Assembly: GCA_008632985.1 (NCBI GenBank)
Contig: QPGO01000031.1
Coordinates: 124,001 to 188,000, forward strand
From: Psammoneis japonica
Taxonomy: Eukaryota
Direction of reading: 5' to 3'
Length of the DNA: 64,000 nucleotides
Shown: positions 50,029 through 60,049 of the stretch, one piece after another
How positions within the stretch are numbered: position 1 is the stretch's first letter
How the letters are laid out: every line of letters starts with the position of its first letter
Notes under the pieces: generated by a model
Databases searched by the model: none
Seen by the model: only the letters and a program-made list of their open reading frames with translations
Told to the model about the DNA's origin: nothing
Position numbers and translations under genes: made by a program

Positions 50029-51795
50029 ATGCACCTGTTCTCAGTTCCCTTCCAACTGAACGGGGAACGAACAACAACAAAATTCGCTGCGTTGCTGTCA
50101 CCGAAAAGAAATTGGATAATTTCGATACTTTTGTTGGTTTCGTTGCATACTTGGAAAGGTGAAGCTTTTTGTCTACATCAACGGACCGTTTTCTTTTCAA
50201 GCTCTCGAATGGCATCTTTTGTGAGGCCATCCTTTCGTCAAGCTTCTCAGCATTATACAAGGAGAGCGACGGTGGTCAGTTTGTCGGCGAAATCATCTTT
50301 CAACCTTCGCACCTCTTCTCATTCTTATCCCAAAGTTATGCGTACGTATGGTAGCACAAGACAGAAATCGTCCGGTCGCATGGCTACGACAGGCAACAAA
50401 GATGAAGGAGACGTCAGAATCGATTCAGATGGATCGGGAGAGAAACATAGTGAATATGAGGAATGCGTACGACGGTTGTATCTAACAAATCTTTTTCATC
50501 CTGTCAAGATGGGATTGGATAACATTCATCACCTTCATAAGCTTCTCGGGCGACCCATGGACAAGACGACTGTCGTTCATATTGCCGGAACAAACGGAAA
50601 GGGAAGCGTAGCGCTAAAGATTGCCAAGACGCTTGAATTATCTCCAAACAACCTCAAGGTGGGCTTGTTTTGTTCACCACATGTTTCTTCGTTTCGTGAA
50701 CGGATGCAGGTGAATGGAGAGCTCATCACTGAGGAGAAGTTGTCGAATACCTTCCTATGATTTACGAGCTTTGCGAAAAACACGACATTCCTGCCACGTT
50801 CTTTGAAATAACCACCGCCTTGGCCTTTAAATATTATGACGAAAGACAAGTGGACGTGGTTGTGTTGGAAACTGGTTTGGGAGGCCGGCTCGATGCGACC
50901 AATGTTGTAGAGAAGCCCGCAATCACCGTCATTACATCGATTGGCCTCGAACATACCAGAATTCTGGGTGATACCATTGAAAAGATGCATTGGAAAAGGG
51001 AGGCATCATCAAAAAGGATAGACCTGTCTTGGTCGGACCGCATGTTCCTCATGACGTCCTTCGAAAGTGTGCGGCAGAGAAACAAGCTGAACGGTATTAC
51101 ACATGCGACGATGTACTTGGTGTCTCGTCTACAGAAATCACGGATTATGACGAGGAAAATAGTCGCATTGCATCCGCAGCCCTGAAACTCTTACGAGGGT
51201 CCCACCCTGAATTTGGGCGATCTACCGACAGAGATGATTTCAAGGGCACATCAGCAAGACCGCCGTGCCGCTTTGAACAGCTGGAGGTAGATGGTGTGCG
51301 AGTGGTGTTGGACGTAGCACATAACCCGCCCGCAATGGAACACTTGGTACGGAAGCTCAAAGAAAATTATCCGGAGGACAAGATTCGAATGGTAGTTGGA
51401 ATGTCCTCAGACAAGGATTTGAAGCAATGCGCTAGATCGGTCTTGAAAGCAACCGCGAACGACGGCAATTCTGTCCACTTGGTACAGGCAGTCATCCTCG
51501 CGCCGCTAAACTTGAAGCCATTCTTGACGCTGAACCCCAATTGAAAGGATCGTGTCACTGGGACGGCAAGAATCGATCGGTAACGGTACAGGTTAAGTCC
51601 GCAATGGAGATTGCCAAGGAACAGAAGGAGGTGCTTGTAGTTTGTGGGAGTGTCTTTCTCATGGCCGAAGCCCGCGAGGCGCTTGGGTATGACGAACCCC
51701 GCGATTCCGAGTACATTGCAGAAGTCGCTGGGGCTAATCTGAAACACGGCCAAGAAAATTTTGGAAACACACTCGCAGTAACTTCTCGTCGATAA
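50029..51795 (+). CDS. folC: Folylpolyglutamate synthase / dihydrofolate synthase (three apparent 1-bp frameshifts)
   Basis: HIAGTNGKGS, SPHVSSFRER, TFFEITTALA, VLETGLGGRLDATN, ITSIGLEHTRILGDT, EKGGIIK, PCRFE, LDVAHNP and VCGSVFL across four overlapping ORFs. Start codon uncertain (50029 or 50209). Confidence 0.88.
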
Positions 51796-51945
51796 AACGA
51801 AACCATCCAAGCTTCTTATTTCAGTTTTTAAAATGTCGTGTTAATCATGTAGTACTTGCACTTCTGTAATTAAACAAAGATATATACAAACCATAACCCC
51901 CCTCGTTCTGCATCTTTCCCCTTCCTTTATCCCATCTTTTCTCAG

Positions 51946-53463
51946 CTACAATACTCTCGCCTTCATCGATATAAGCAATTGCTCAAAACGCTCGGTTCTC
52001 GAAACAGCTATTCTTGCAATTTCTTTGCCAATCGGTACGACAACATCCAACGGGAGGCTGTCGAGGAGCGCCTTTGCTTTCTCCTCATTCATTGGATAAT
52101 CTGTGTAACCAAGTAGCTTCCGAGTGCCTTCAGATCCTAGCTTGCCATACACAAAAGCAGTCACCAGTGCCATGCCGGTATCGAAAGAAGCATTGGATCT
52201 TCGACCCATTGCCAAGATTTCGTACACCTCAATGTTGCATCCGTCCAACTCTTCTGATGAAATCGCCGGAAGACATTCGCCGAGCTGGTCTGAAAGAGTA
52301 TGATACTGCGTCGGATGATCACCAACAAAGAACGACATGGGAGCGTTGCCACCGGTGAGCATGGCAAATGCGGCCAATAGGGCAAGACTTACACTGTTTG
52401 CCCTGGTATGTTCGAGTGCTAAATCCCTGTTGCGTTCCGCCCGCACCGTCATCTGCTGCAACTCTTTGGCACTTGGCACACCGCGAAACGACCTGAACAC
52501 TTTCTCAAATTGTATGCCACTCCACATTACCGCTGCCATGTTAATACCCAAGTGATAGTCATAGACGGTGTACAGTTTTCGAGAGTTCAGGTTGGGATGA
52601 ACTTGGCATAGCCAAGACCACATTAGATCCAATACCTGTCCCGTTTCTGCGATTGCATACATTTGATAACTGCGGACGGCGAGATCTGAGGCTCGTTGCA
52701 TTGCTTTTACCATTTCGCTCTCACTTAAATTGAGTTGAAATCGTTCATTGGCATTGACAAGTGAGGCATAGATCTGCTCCAACTCGTTCTCGTCTGACAG
52801 TGAGGTTGCCCCGGGCTCGGGGTCTCCATTTCTCTCTGACAATGACATATTTACAGCATTTAGAGTAGAATCCTGTTGCTCAAGTACGTGTGCATTTTTA
52901 GCCGCCCGCATGCACAATGAAACCTCTACCAAGCACTGCATTGGTAGCTTTTCTTTCAAAGCTCGAACGGCAAGGAGAGCGCAAAGGAACTTGCTTTGGC
53001 CACACCGAAAGGTAAGTCTCTGACCTGGGCTGATTTCGAAGATTGCGAAAACCACTGCCTCTAGAGGCATTTTTGTTAAATCAATCTCGGCACAATAAAG
53101 ATGCCCCTGTCGAAGTCCAATAACACCGTCTAGGAACTTGGCAGCAGCTGGCGGAAGCCCGAATATCTCGTACCGTATGCAGCCATGAAACGCAGCAGCA
53201 AACACTTGTATGGGATCGCCACCATTCGACACATCAAATATTCGCCTCAGATTATGGTAGCTATGGCCGTTTCTCGCCATGCAATCATTAAGCAGCACAG
53301 CCCAAGCTTCAACTTCTTCATCGCGTACAGTCAACCCCAACAGCTCGACACTTTCCTTGAGGTCAAGAAAGACACGGTTTATTCCCGTTTGTCTGGGCTG
53401 ACCCGACCAGCCATAGAGGCGTGAATTTGACAGCAAGACACTGGGTGGAAACGAAGGACTCAT
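51946..53463 (-). CDS. Hypothetical 505-aa protein with a degenerate HD-like domain
   Basis: Intact intronless ORF with normal Tyr and CpG usage. The segments YHNLRRIFDV..GDPIQVFAAAFHG, GQSKFLCALLAV, LYTVYDY and LTGGNAPMSFFVGD recall, from memory, a cyanobacterial/diatom HD-like family. Confidence 0.75.
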   Translation of the reverse strand: MSPSFPPSVLLSNSRLYGWSGQPRQTGINRVFLDLKESVELLGLTVRDEEVEAWAVLLNDCMARNGHSYHNLRRIFDVSNGGDPIQVFAAAFHGCIRYEIFGLPPAAAKFLDGVIGLRQGHLYCAEIDLTKMPLEAVVFAIFEISPGQRLTFRCGQSKFLCALLAVRALKEKLPMQCLVEVSLCMRAAKNAHVLEQQDSTLNAVNMSLSERNGDPEPGATSLSDENELEQIYASLVNANERFQLNLSESEMVKAMQRASDLAVRSYQMYAIAETGQVLDLMWSWLCQVHPNLNSRKLYTVYDYHLGINMAAVMWSGIQFEKVFRSFRGVPSAKELQQMTVRAERNRDLALEHTRANSVSLALLAAFAMLTGGNAPMSFFVGDHPTQYHTLSDQLGECLPAISSEELDGCNIEVYEILAMGRRSNASFDTGMALVTAFVYGKLGSEGTRKLLGYTDYPMNEEKAKALLDSLPLDVVVPIGKEIARIAVSRTERFEQLLISMKARVL

Positions 53464-53639
53464 GGTCTTTACGGAGGAAGGGACTAGATTGACGCCATGG
53501 TGGTGAATGTGATGTGGGATGTGGGCGAGTGTCGATGAGCGACTGGGTTCTCATCATTGTCCGTCGATTTTTTTAATTAGGGGACCTCCCCAAAATTGAA
53601 ATCCTCCGTGCTGTATGTTTCAATCCGAGGTAAGTTGAT

Positions 53640-56600
53640 CATTCGCCGTGTTCGCCGATGGCAAAACACAAAATGACCGACCAACCATCTGCCGTCAGAT
53701 TGAGCAAGCTAAACACCCTCATTGTTGATCTCGCATGGTGCAGTGGCACACATGATGATGTAGAACACTGCGCTGCAAAGATGATGAATGGAAAAGTGCA
53801 GAAAAACTCGAGAGAGAGAGAGAGTGCCGTGCTGCTCTGCAGCCTCAGAGCCAGAGTTGGCCAGAGCCTCTGGCAGCGTGAATGCTCCATTTCAATGCTC
53901 AGACTTGGCAGTCAAATTGTCAATTCATTTGATGAAAGAAAAGTGAACAATGTGCTGGTCAAATGTGCAGCATCAAAAAACTGAGCCACAGCCTCCTCTT
54001 TCTTCTGCGCCACCTCTCGACGACCACCCCCCTTTGAAAAAAACACAGGAGAGCAGCAAAAGAGCCTCAGCAAGTGCACAAGAGCTGAGAGTTTGCACAT
54101 TCTTCCACTCCTCCATCACACACTGGATGAGATTGGCACTGATGATCATTGTCAGCAATCTTTTCTGGGCTGGGCACAGCTGCTGTCTCTCTGCACAGAG
54201 AAGTGGCGCGCTCCTCAGGAGAGATGAGTCCAAAATGAGATGGGCAGCCAGAGTTGATGCACAGAAGCTCAGTCTTGTGGCTGTTCAGAAAAGTGTTGTC
54301 ACTCATTTTCCCATCTGTCTGCACATGTGCATTCTGGCTTCAGAGGGGGAGCCAACTGAAATGCCACCCCACCAGCAGGGTGGCATTTTTCAGCTGCCTC
54401 CCCAAAGAGCAGTTGCTGGCTCTGCTGGCGCACAGCAGCCACTCTCTGTCACATGACATTGTGCACATTTGCACATGACTTGCTTGACAGTTTTCTCTCA
54501 GCAAAAAATTTTGGTTGGTGTCATGAAGTTTTTGAAAAAGATCCCTGCTGTTTTAGTGTCATCACACAGGCATGCAAACTCAGCTCTTGCAGATGCTTGC
54601 ATTTGCAAGGAGGTGCAAGAAACAACAAAAAAGCCCCCCCCTCAAGAAATGATGAAGCACCACGCAAATGGCACCACAAGGCTGCAAGGTGGCAATGCTG
54701 TGCCAAAGGAAATTTGCTCTCATGTTTGGAGGCATGAACCTTCACACCAAGCACTGGCTTGCACCCCTGCCCCCAGCCAAATTTGCACCCTGTTCCACCA
54801 CATTGCAGCAAGTTGCTCCATGCACCACTGAGTTGGCTGCTGTGTCTTGACATCACAGAAAAAAGCAGCCATTGGCATTCAAGCAAGGGAAAGAGTGGAG
54901 TCCAGAAAAACTGCAACTGCTCTTCTCCAACCCACCTCCACTTGAGCTCCCAGATCTGGCCCAGCCCTGAATGCCTGAGCTGCTGGTTCATTTGGAGATC
55001 ATGGCTTCATCAGAAGAGCAAGCCATTTGTCTCATCTTTTGCCCACTTGCCACCTGCCTGTGTCCCAACAATTATCCCAGATCAGTGCAAAAAAAGAAAA
55101 GATGCTTTTGCTGGCCCACACTGCCCCAAGTGGAGCCTTGGGAGAGCTCAAACATTTCTGGCTTGCCCGCAGCCTCTGAAGAAGAAGCAAATGTTGTGGC
55201 ACAACTTCTTTGACCCCCCCCTCTCTTGGTGCTCACTGAAAAAGAGCATTGGGTGCCTTTTGAGCCAACCTTTCTGCTGTGCAGCAAGCAAAGTTTTTTC
55301 ACATCACACAATCAATGTGGTGCACAAGATGGCAGCCGTGGCTGTGTTGCCCTTCTTTGCACCACACATCTCAGCAATCTTTTGAGAGTGCTCTCTTGCA
55401 AAGCTCCTGCATTGGGTCAAACACACACACAGCAGCAAAATGGCCAAAAACAAACACACAAAAGGAACCTTGGCATTGAAACCCAAACCTGAGTGCTGTG
55501 GTTTGTTCAACAAAACCTCTTTGTTGAGCACAAAAAAGAGAAAAGAGCACAGCCACCCAAAAAATCCAGCACAAGCAAACTGCTGTGTCTTTGCCAATGA
55601 CTGCTTGGTCACAAGACCAGCTGGAAGATGCAATGCACTTGGGTGTTGTGAGGAGCTTCAATGATGTTAGAGCAAAAGCAAAAGATTGACCTTCTTTTAA
55701 ACAGAAATCATTGAAGCCCATGCAGACACAGGAAGCATTGAAATGGGCAGCGTCAGTGGAGTTTTGCAAGGAAGAGGGATCAAGCCAGGGAGGTTTGGGC
55801 TGAGAAGAGAAGGTGGGTGAGGAAGTGCCAAAGAGGAGTCAATGGGAGAAGCAGCCAAGACCACCAAGGTGGTCAATGGCAAACGGGAGGAGGAAGATCC
55901 CCCAGTGGCGTTGAGGGATTAAATGGTGAGGAGGGGGACCCACAGGCAGAAGAGGAGGTGGAAGGACCCAAAAACTTGGATCTCATGCTTGTGTGGTGTG
56001 CCTTGGTNNNNNNNNNNNNNNNNNNNNNNNNNNNNNNNNNNNNNNNNNNNNNNNGGAGGAGCTGCTTTGGGAATGGTGACATCGATGGCGCGATGTGTCG
56101 ATGCTGGTTGGAGGGGGCGGAGAGGTGAAAGCGGGGGGGGGGGGGTGGAGATGCCAACATTGGCTGGTCACAGGAGGGGATGATGGGAGAGAAGATTTGC
56201 AGGTTGGAGATGAACATTGTTGGAGGAGTGGCAAAGCTTGGAGAGAAGGTCAAGGGTGTGAGTGAGAACGAAGACAGTGTCTCGGATGCCATTTGAAAGT
56301 TTGGATGTGTGGGGGGCCTTGCATGCAAAAAGGCATGATCGCCAAAGGCATCCAGAGCAGCACGGCCACAAGGGCAAGGAGAGTTAATGAGAGAGAGAGA
56401 GAGAGAGGAAGAACCAGAAGGCGAAAGGTGAAGCTGGCATTGGATGGCCACAGCACTCTCGTCAGAACAAGCAAGGTGTGAGAGGCAGCACGGCATCGAG
56501 CGAGGCTGGTGAGGGGAGACAAAAGGGAGGGAAGAGCTGTCTGAATTTCAGGGGGGAGTCAGATGGCAAGGGCCTCTGAAATGATCCACTGCTGGTGGGC
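53640..56600. other. Hypermutated block C
   Basis: TpA nearly absent from about 53640 to 56580, CpG depleted in the core. Confidence 0.85.
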
Positions 56601-56750
56601 GTGATAGAGGCCGCGGGCTCTAGAGTAGCCAGTGCAGCAGGTAGAGAGCACCGCACCTTCGTCGGATCCAACGTGCGCTGTAGCATGTGTCGGAGAGTGA
56701 TCTGATCCGCGAAAATTCGTGAACGACAATCTTGCTAAGAAGAGATGCCA
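55700..56750 (-). mobile_element. 3' fragment of a non-LTR retrotransposon with restriction-like endonuclease (CRE/R2-type)
   Basis: CPCG..LDAFGDHAF, (H/S)NGIRD and AIDVTIP motifs form a CCHC knuckle plus REL endonuclease signature. Confidence 0.6.
56008..56054. other. Assembly gap
   Basis: Run of N. Confidence 1.
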
Positions 56751-57184
56751 GTCGATCCCTTAATAATTGTGCACAACATTTATCTAGAAATATACTAGAT
56801 ACTTAGGAACTAAAGGAGGAAACAATGACTCATTCGGCAATGCAATGCATAGTGAAATGGGTTGAATAAATGTATCATTTTTAAGAAAGACATCGGACAT
56901 CTGGTGTCAACGGCACTAATCACAAGTGTATAGGTCCGGATTTGTTAAGTAGAGAGTGTCTCATAAAATCTATGTAAACGTCACCTACAGTACCGACCAA
57001 AGATGATTCTCCGCTCCTACAGTACTGTACGTGTACGTACCGTACAAATCTACGCTTCCTGTACGTACGACGCGCCACTTTTTCTCTTTTGGATGAGTGG
57101 CTTCAGGATCCTGATGGATCCTCGAATCTCACAACTCACAAGAAGAATTTCGTCAAGTCCGAACTTAAAATAGTCCAGGACAAG

Positions 57185-59665
57185 ATGAAGTTCTTTTGCA
57201 AGGTAGTTTTGCTCCTGCTTGCTTTTGCTCTTTGTGAGGCAACAGGTATGTAGCGTTCAGGTGTTCACGACGGGTGTCGACTAGAGAACAGCATAGCTCA
57301 CACATTGAGTTGAAATCGGGTGTTTTTCTTCAGACGTGTCAGCAGAGTTCGAACCGAAGGAAGATTCCTCTTCAAACGTAAGTAGCAGGGTGAGAGTAAA
57401 CTATCGTGACAGCCTTTCTCTTTTGGTTCCTTTCTCACAATGTCGCCATTTCAACTTTCTATATCAAAGAATGTGTTGAACGAAGAAGTCGATGACGCTG
57501 AGGACCCGTCCGAGAGGATCCTAGCGGTAAGCGAATTCATAATGTGTCGAGGCGTTTTGATTACCAATGTCGCTTTCTAACACCTTCCGCGTCGTGCAAA
57601 TGTGTTTCAGATTCCTTATCCTCCCAAGGGGGCGTGTTGTGAAGCAAACGCGCACCCACCAAAATGCACAGTCATCCGTCAAGGGAATTGCGAAGACCGA
57701 GGAGGCTACTACGTTGGAGACGGGACCAAATGTCGAGCCAACAATTGTCCAAAAGCTTTTGGCGCCTGTTGTGACCCCGAACCAGATGGAGAATGCTTCC
57801 TCTCGAGGCCTTCTTTTTTGCGCTTTGAAGAAGGGTGCGTCCACGAACCACGATAATAAACGATAATCAAGGTCGCCAGTTCCTCCACCTTTACTCACTT
57901 TGCTCACCTCCCGCCTTTTCATTCCGTTCCTTTAACTATTTAGGATATTATGCCGGTATCAGTACGACATGTGATGTTTGCCTCAGCCCGCCGACCCCAA
58001 GTCCTACACCCGCTGTTTCAAACCGCCTCGGTGCTTGCTGTGACTTGGAGGGTGGAAACTGTCAGGAGGTTGTTCCAGAGTTCTGTAGGAAGGGAACCTT
58101 CCTTGGAGCGGTAAGCCAGGATTACTATTTGACGCGGAGCGTCTTGAAATTGTCCATCTCAGCTAAGCTCATTTTGAATCTTCTATTTCCTAATAGGGTA
58201 CATCCTGTGATCAAGCGACTTGTCCGCTGCGTGGTGCTTGCTGTAGGACTACAGTGTACGGAGAGAAAAAGTGCACGAAAATCAAGAAGAAGTGGTGCAT
58301 TTTGAATGGAGGTGAGTACTGCTGTCACACACACACACACTTTAAACCGAAACGTACTCGCTACACTACCTGCACTCACACTCTGCTTCTCCGTCTGTAT
58401 TGAATGATGTTGAAGGTGAATTCAAGGGCTTTGGTGTCGATTGCACACCGGAATTTGCGATGATGATACTGCACCAACGCCGAGTCCGACACCAGTTCGA
58501 ACCGGAGCATGTTGCTTAAAGTTCAAGTAAGTCTCGACCAGTGCATGGATCGTTTGTTCGCAGAACACAGGTCGTCTTAACTATCATGGTTTTTTACTAT
58601 TTTTTGGCGTTTTGCGACAGGAAGCGTTGCATAAGGAGTGTCACGGAGGGCTCGTGTGAATCCTTGAATGGAATATACCAGGGTGATGGCACGGTAAGAA
58701 TTGTTACAACATAGATATTGCAAGAATGACTCGGATTCTAAACACCCCTTGTGCGTGTTTTTTGCTTTTTCAGACCTGCACCACTGGCCGCTGTACCGTG
58801 CGGGGTGCATGCTGCCTGCCTTCTGGTTTATGTCTCCCTAACCAAAAAAGAACCCGTTGCCGCAAGCAGCTCTATGGTCAATACCAGGGCTTTGGAACAC
58901 CATGTGAAAAAGATACTTGCCCTGCGAGTAGTCCAACACCAGCTCCCACACCGCCGCCTACAGCGCGACCAGTCGTCAAAAGAGGAGCTTGCTGCTTGCC
59001 GTTCGGAACACGCAAATGCGAAATCCGTACAGCGTTGGAATGCGCTTTTTCCTCTGGGGATTATCGAGGAGACTATACGTCGTGCAACACTCAACTTTGT
59101 CCAAGGCGAGGGGCCTGCTGTCTTGACAATGGAGCTTGTGTCACGTCTAATCTGGGTAGCTGTGCGTCAATAAATGGAGTCTTTCAGGGTCGCGGTTCAA
59201 GTTGCAACGCCCCAGGCTTTTCCTGCCCGAAACCACCTACCCCAAGTCCCACTCCGCGCCCGACACGCTCTGTGTATTACTATCCAACCCCGAGCCCCAC
59301 TCCGCGTCCGTACCCAACGCCAAACCCCACTCCTCAACCCGTGTATTATTACCCAACCCCGAGCCCCACCCCGCAACCCGTGTATTATTACCCAACCCCG
59401 AGCCCCACCCTTGCGCCCGTACCCAACGCCAAGCCCCACCCCGCCACCCGTGTATTATTACCCAACCCCGAGTCCCACTCCTCGTCCGACCCAGACGTCG
59501 ACAACGGAACACTTTGGAGCCTGCTGTGACAAGTTTTACCAGTGCATTGAGACCTACAAGTTTGTATGTGATGCAGTCGATGGCAAAGGCGTAGGTGGCA
59601 AATTCTTCGAAGGAAGTCATTGCAAAATGCCCAATGGCCATCCAGGGTGTCCAGTTCAACCTTAG
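57185..59665 (+). CDS. Secreted Cys-rich GACC-repeat protein, paralogue 4, with Pro/Thr linkers and extensin-like repeats (many introns, some apparent frameshifts)
   Basis: Exon 1 57185..57245 MKFFCKVVLLLLAFALCEAT has the same 61-nt length and phase as paralogues 2 and 3. GACC repeats occur in successive exons, and the C-terminus is FGACCDKF...GCPVQP*. Confidence 0.8.
59235..59490 (+). repeat. Coding repeat PTPSPTP(Q/P)PVYYY / RPYPTP
   Basis: GTGTATTA(T/C)TA(C/T)CCAACCCCGAG occurs four times. Confidence 0.85.
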
Positions 59666-60049
59666 CCACCACCCAGTTCGTCCACCTACTAGGTATGTGT
59701 GTCCTTTGAGGATACCAATGATCTGTTCTGTTTGTATATAGGATGCCAATTACCTTGAGCCTGAGAATACTGGCAAATTGTTTAAGTCGGTATTCGATTG
59801 CCGCAAGGGCATCTCTGTGTTTCGTCTCAGCTGTCCGAGCCGCCTTGAGGAAGGATGCGGCCAATGGGGCTTGGATCAAATAGCAAATTAATAATGTCCA
59901 TTTTCTGTGTACAATGCAGTAGTGCCATCGTAACATTGCGCAGCCCGTTTCCCGTGTGCGATCCCAATAATTTCTAACCACCCTGCTCCATTCTCTCAAG
60001 CGGAAAAAGCAAGTCCAACACATCTCAGTCATGACCATTAAAAACTTTG

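Noticed and set aside
53574..56763. TTA-GGG...CCC-TTA as possible PIF/Harbinger ends bounding block C
   Set aside because: The inverted match is only 3 bp, with no real TIR.
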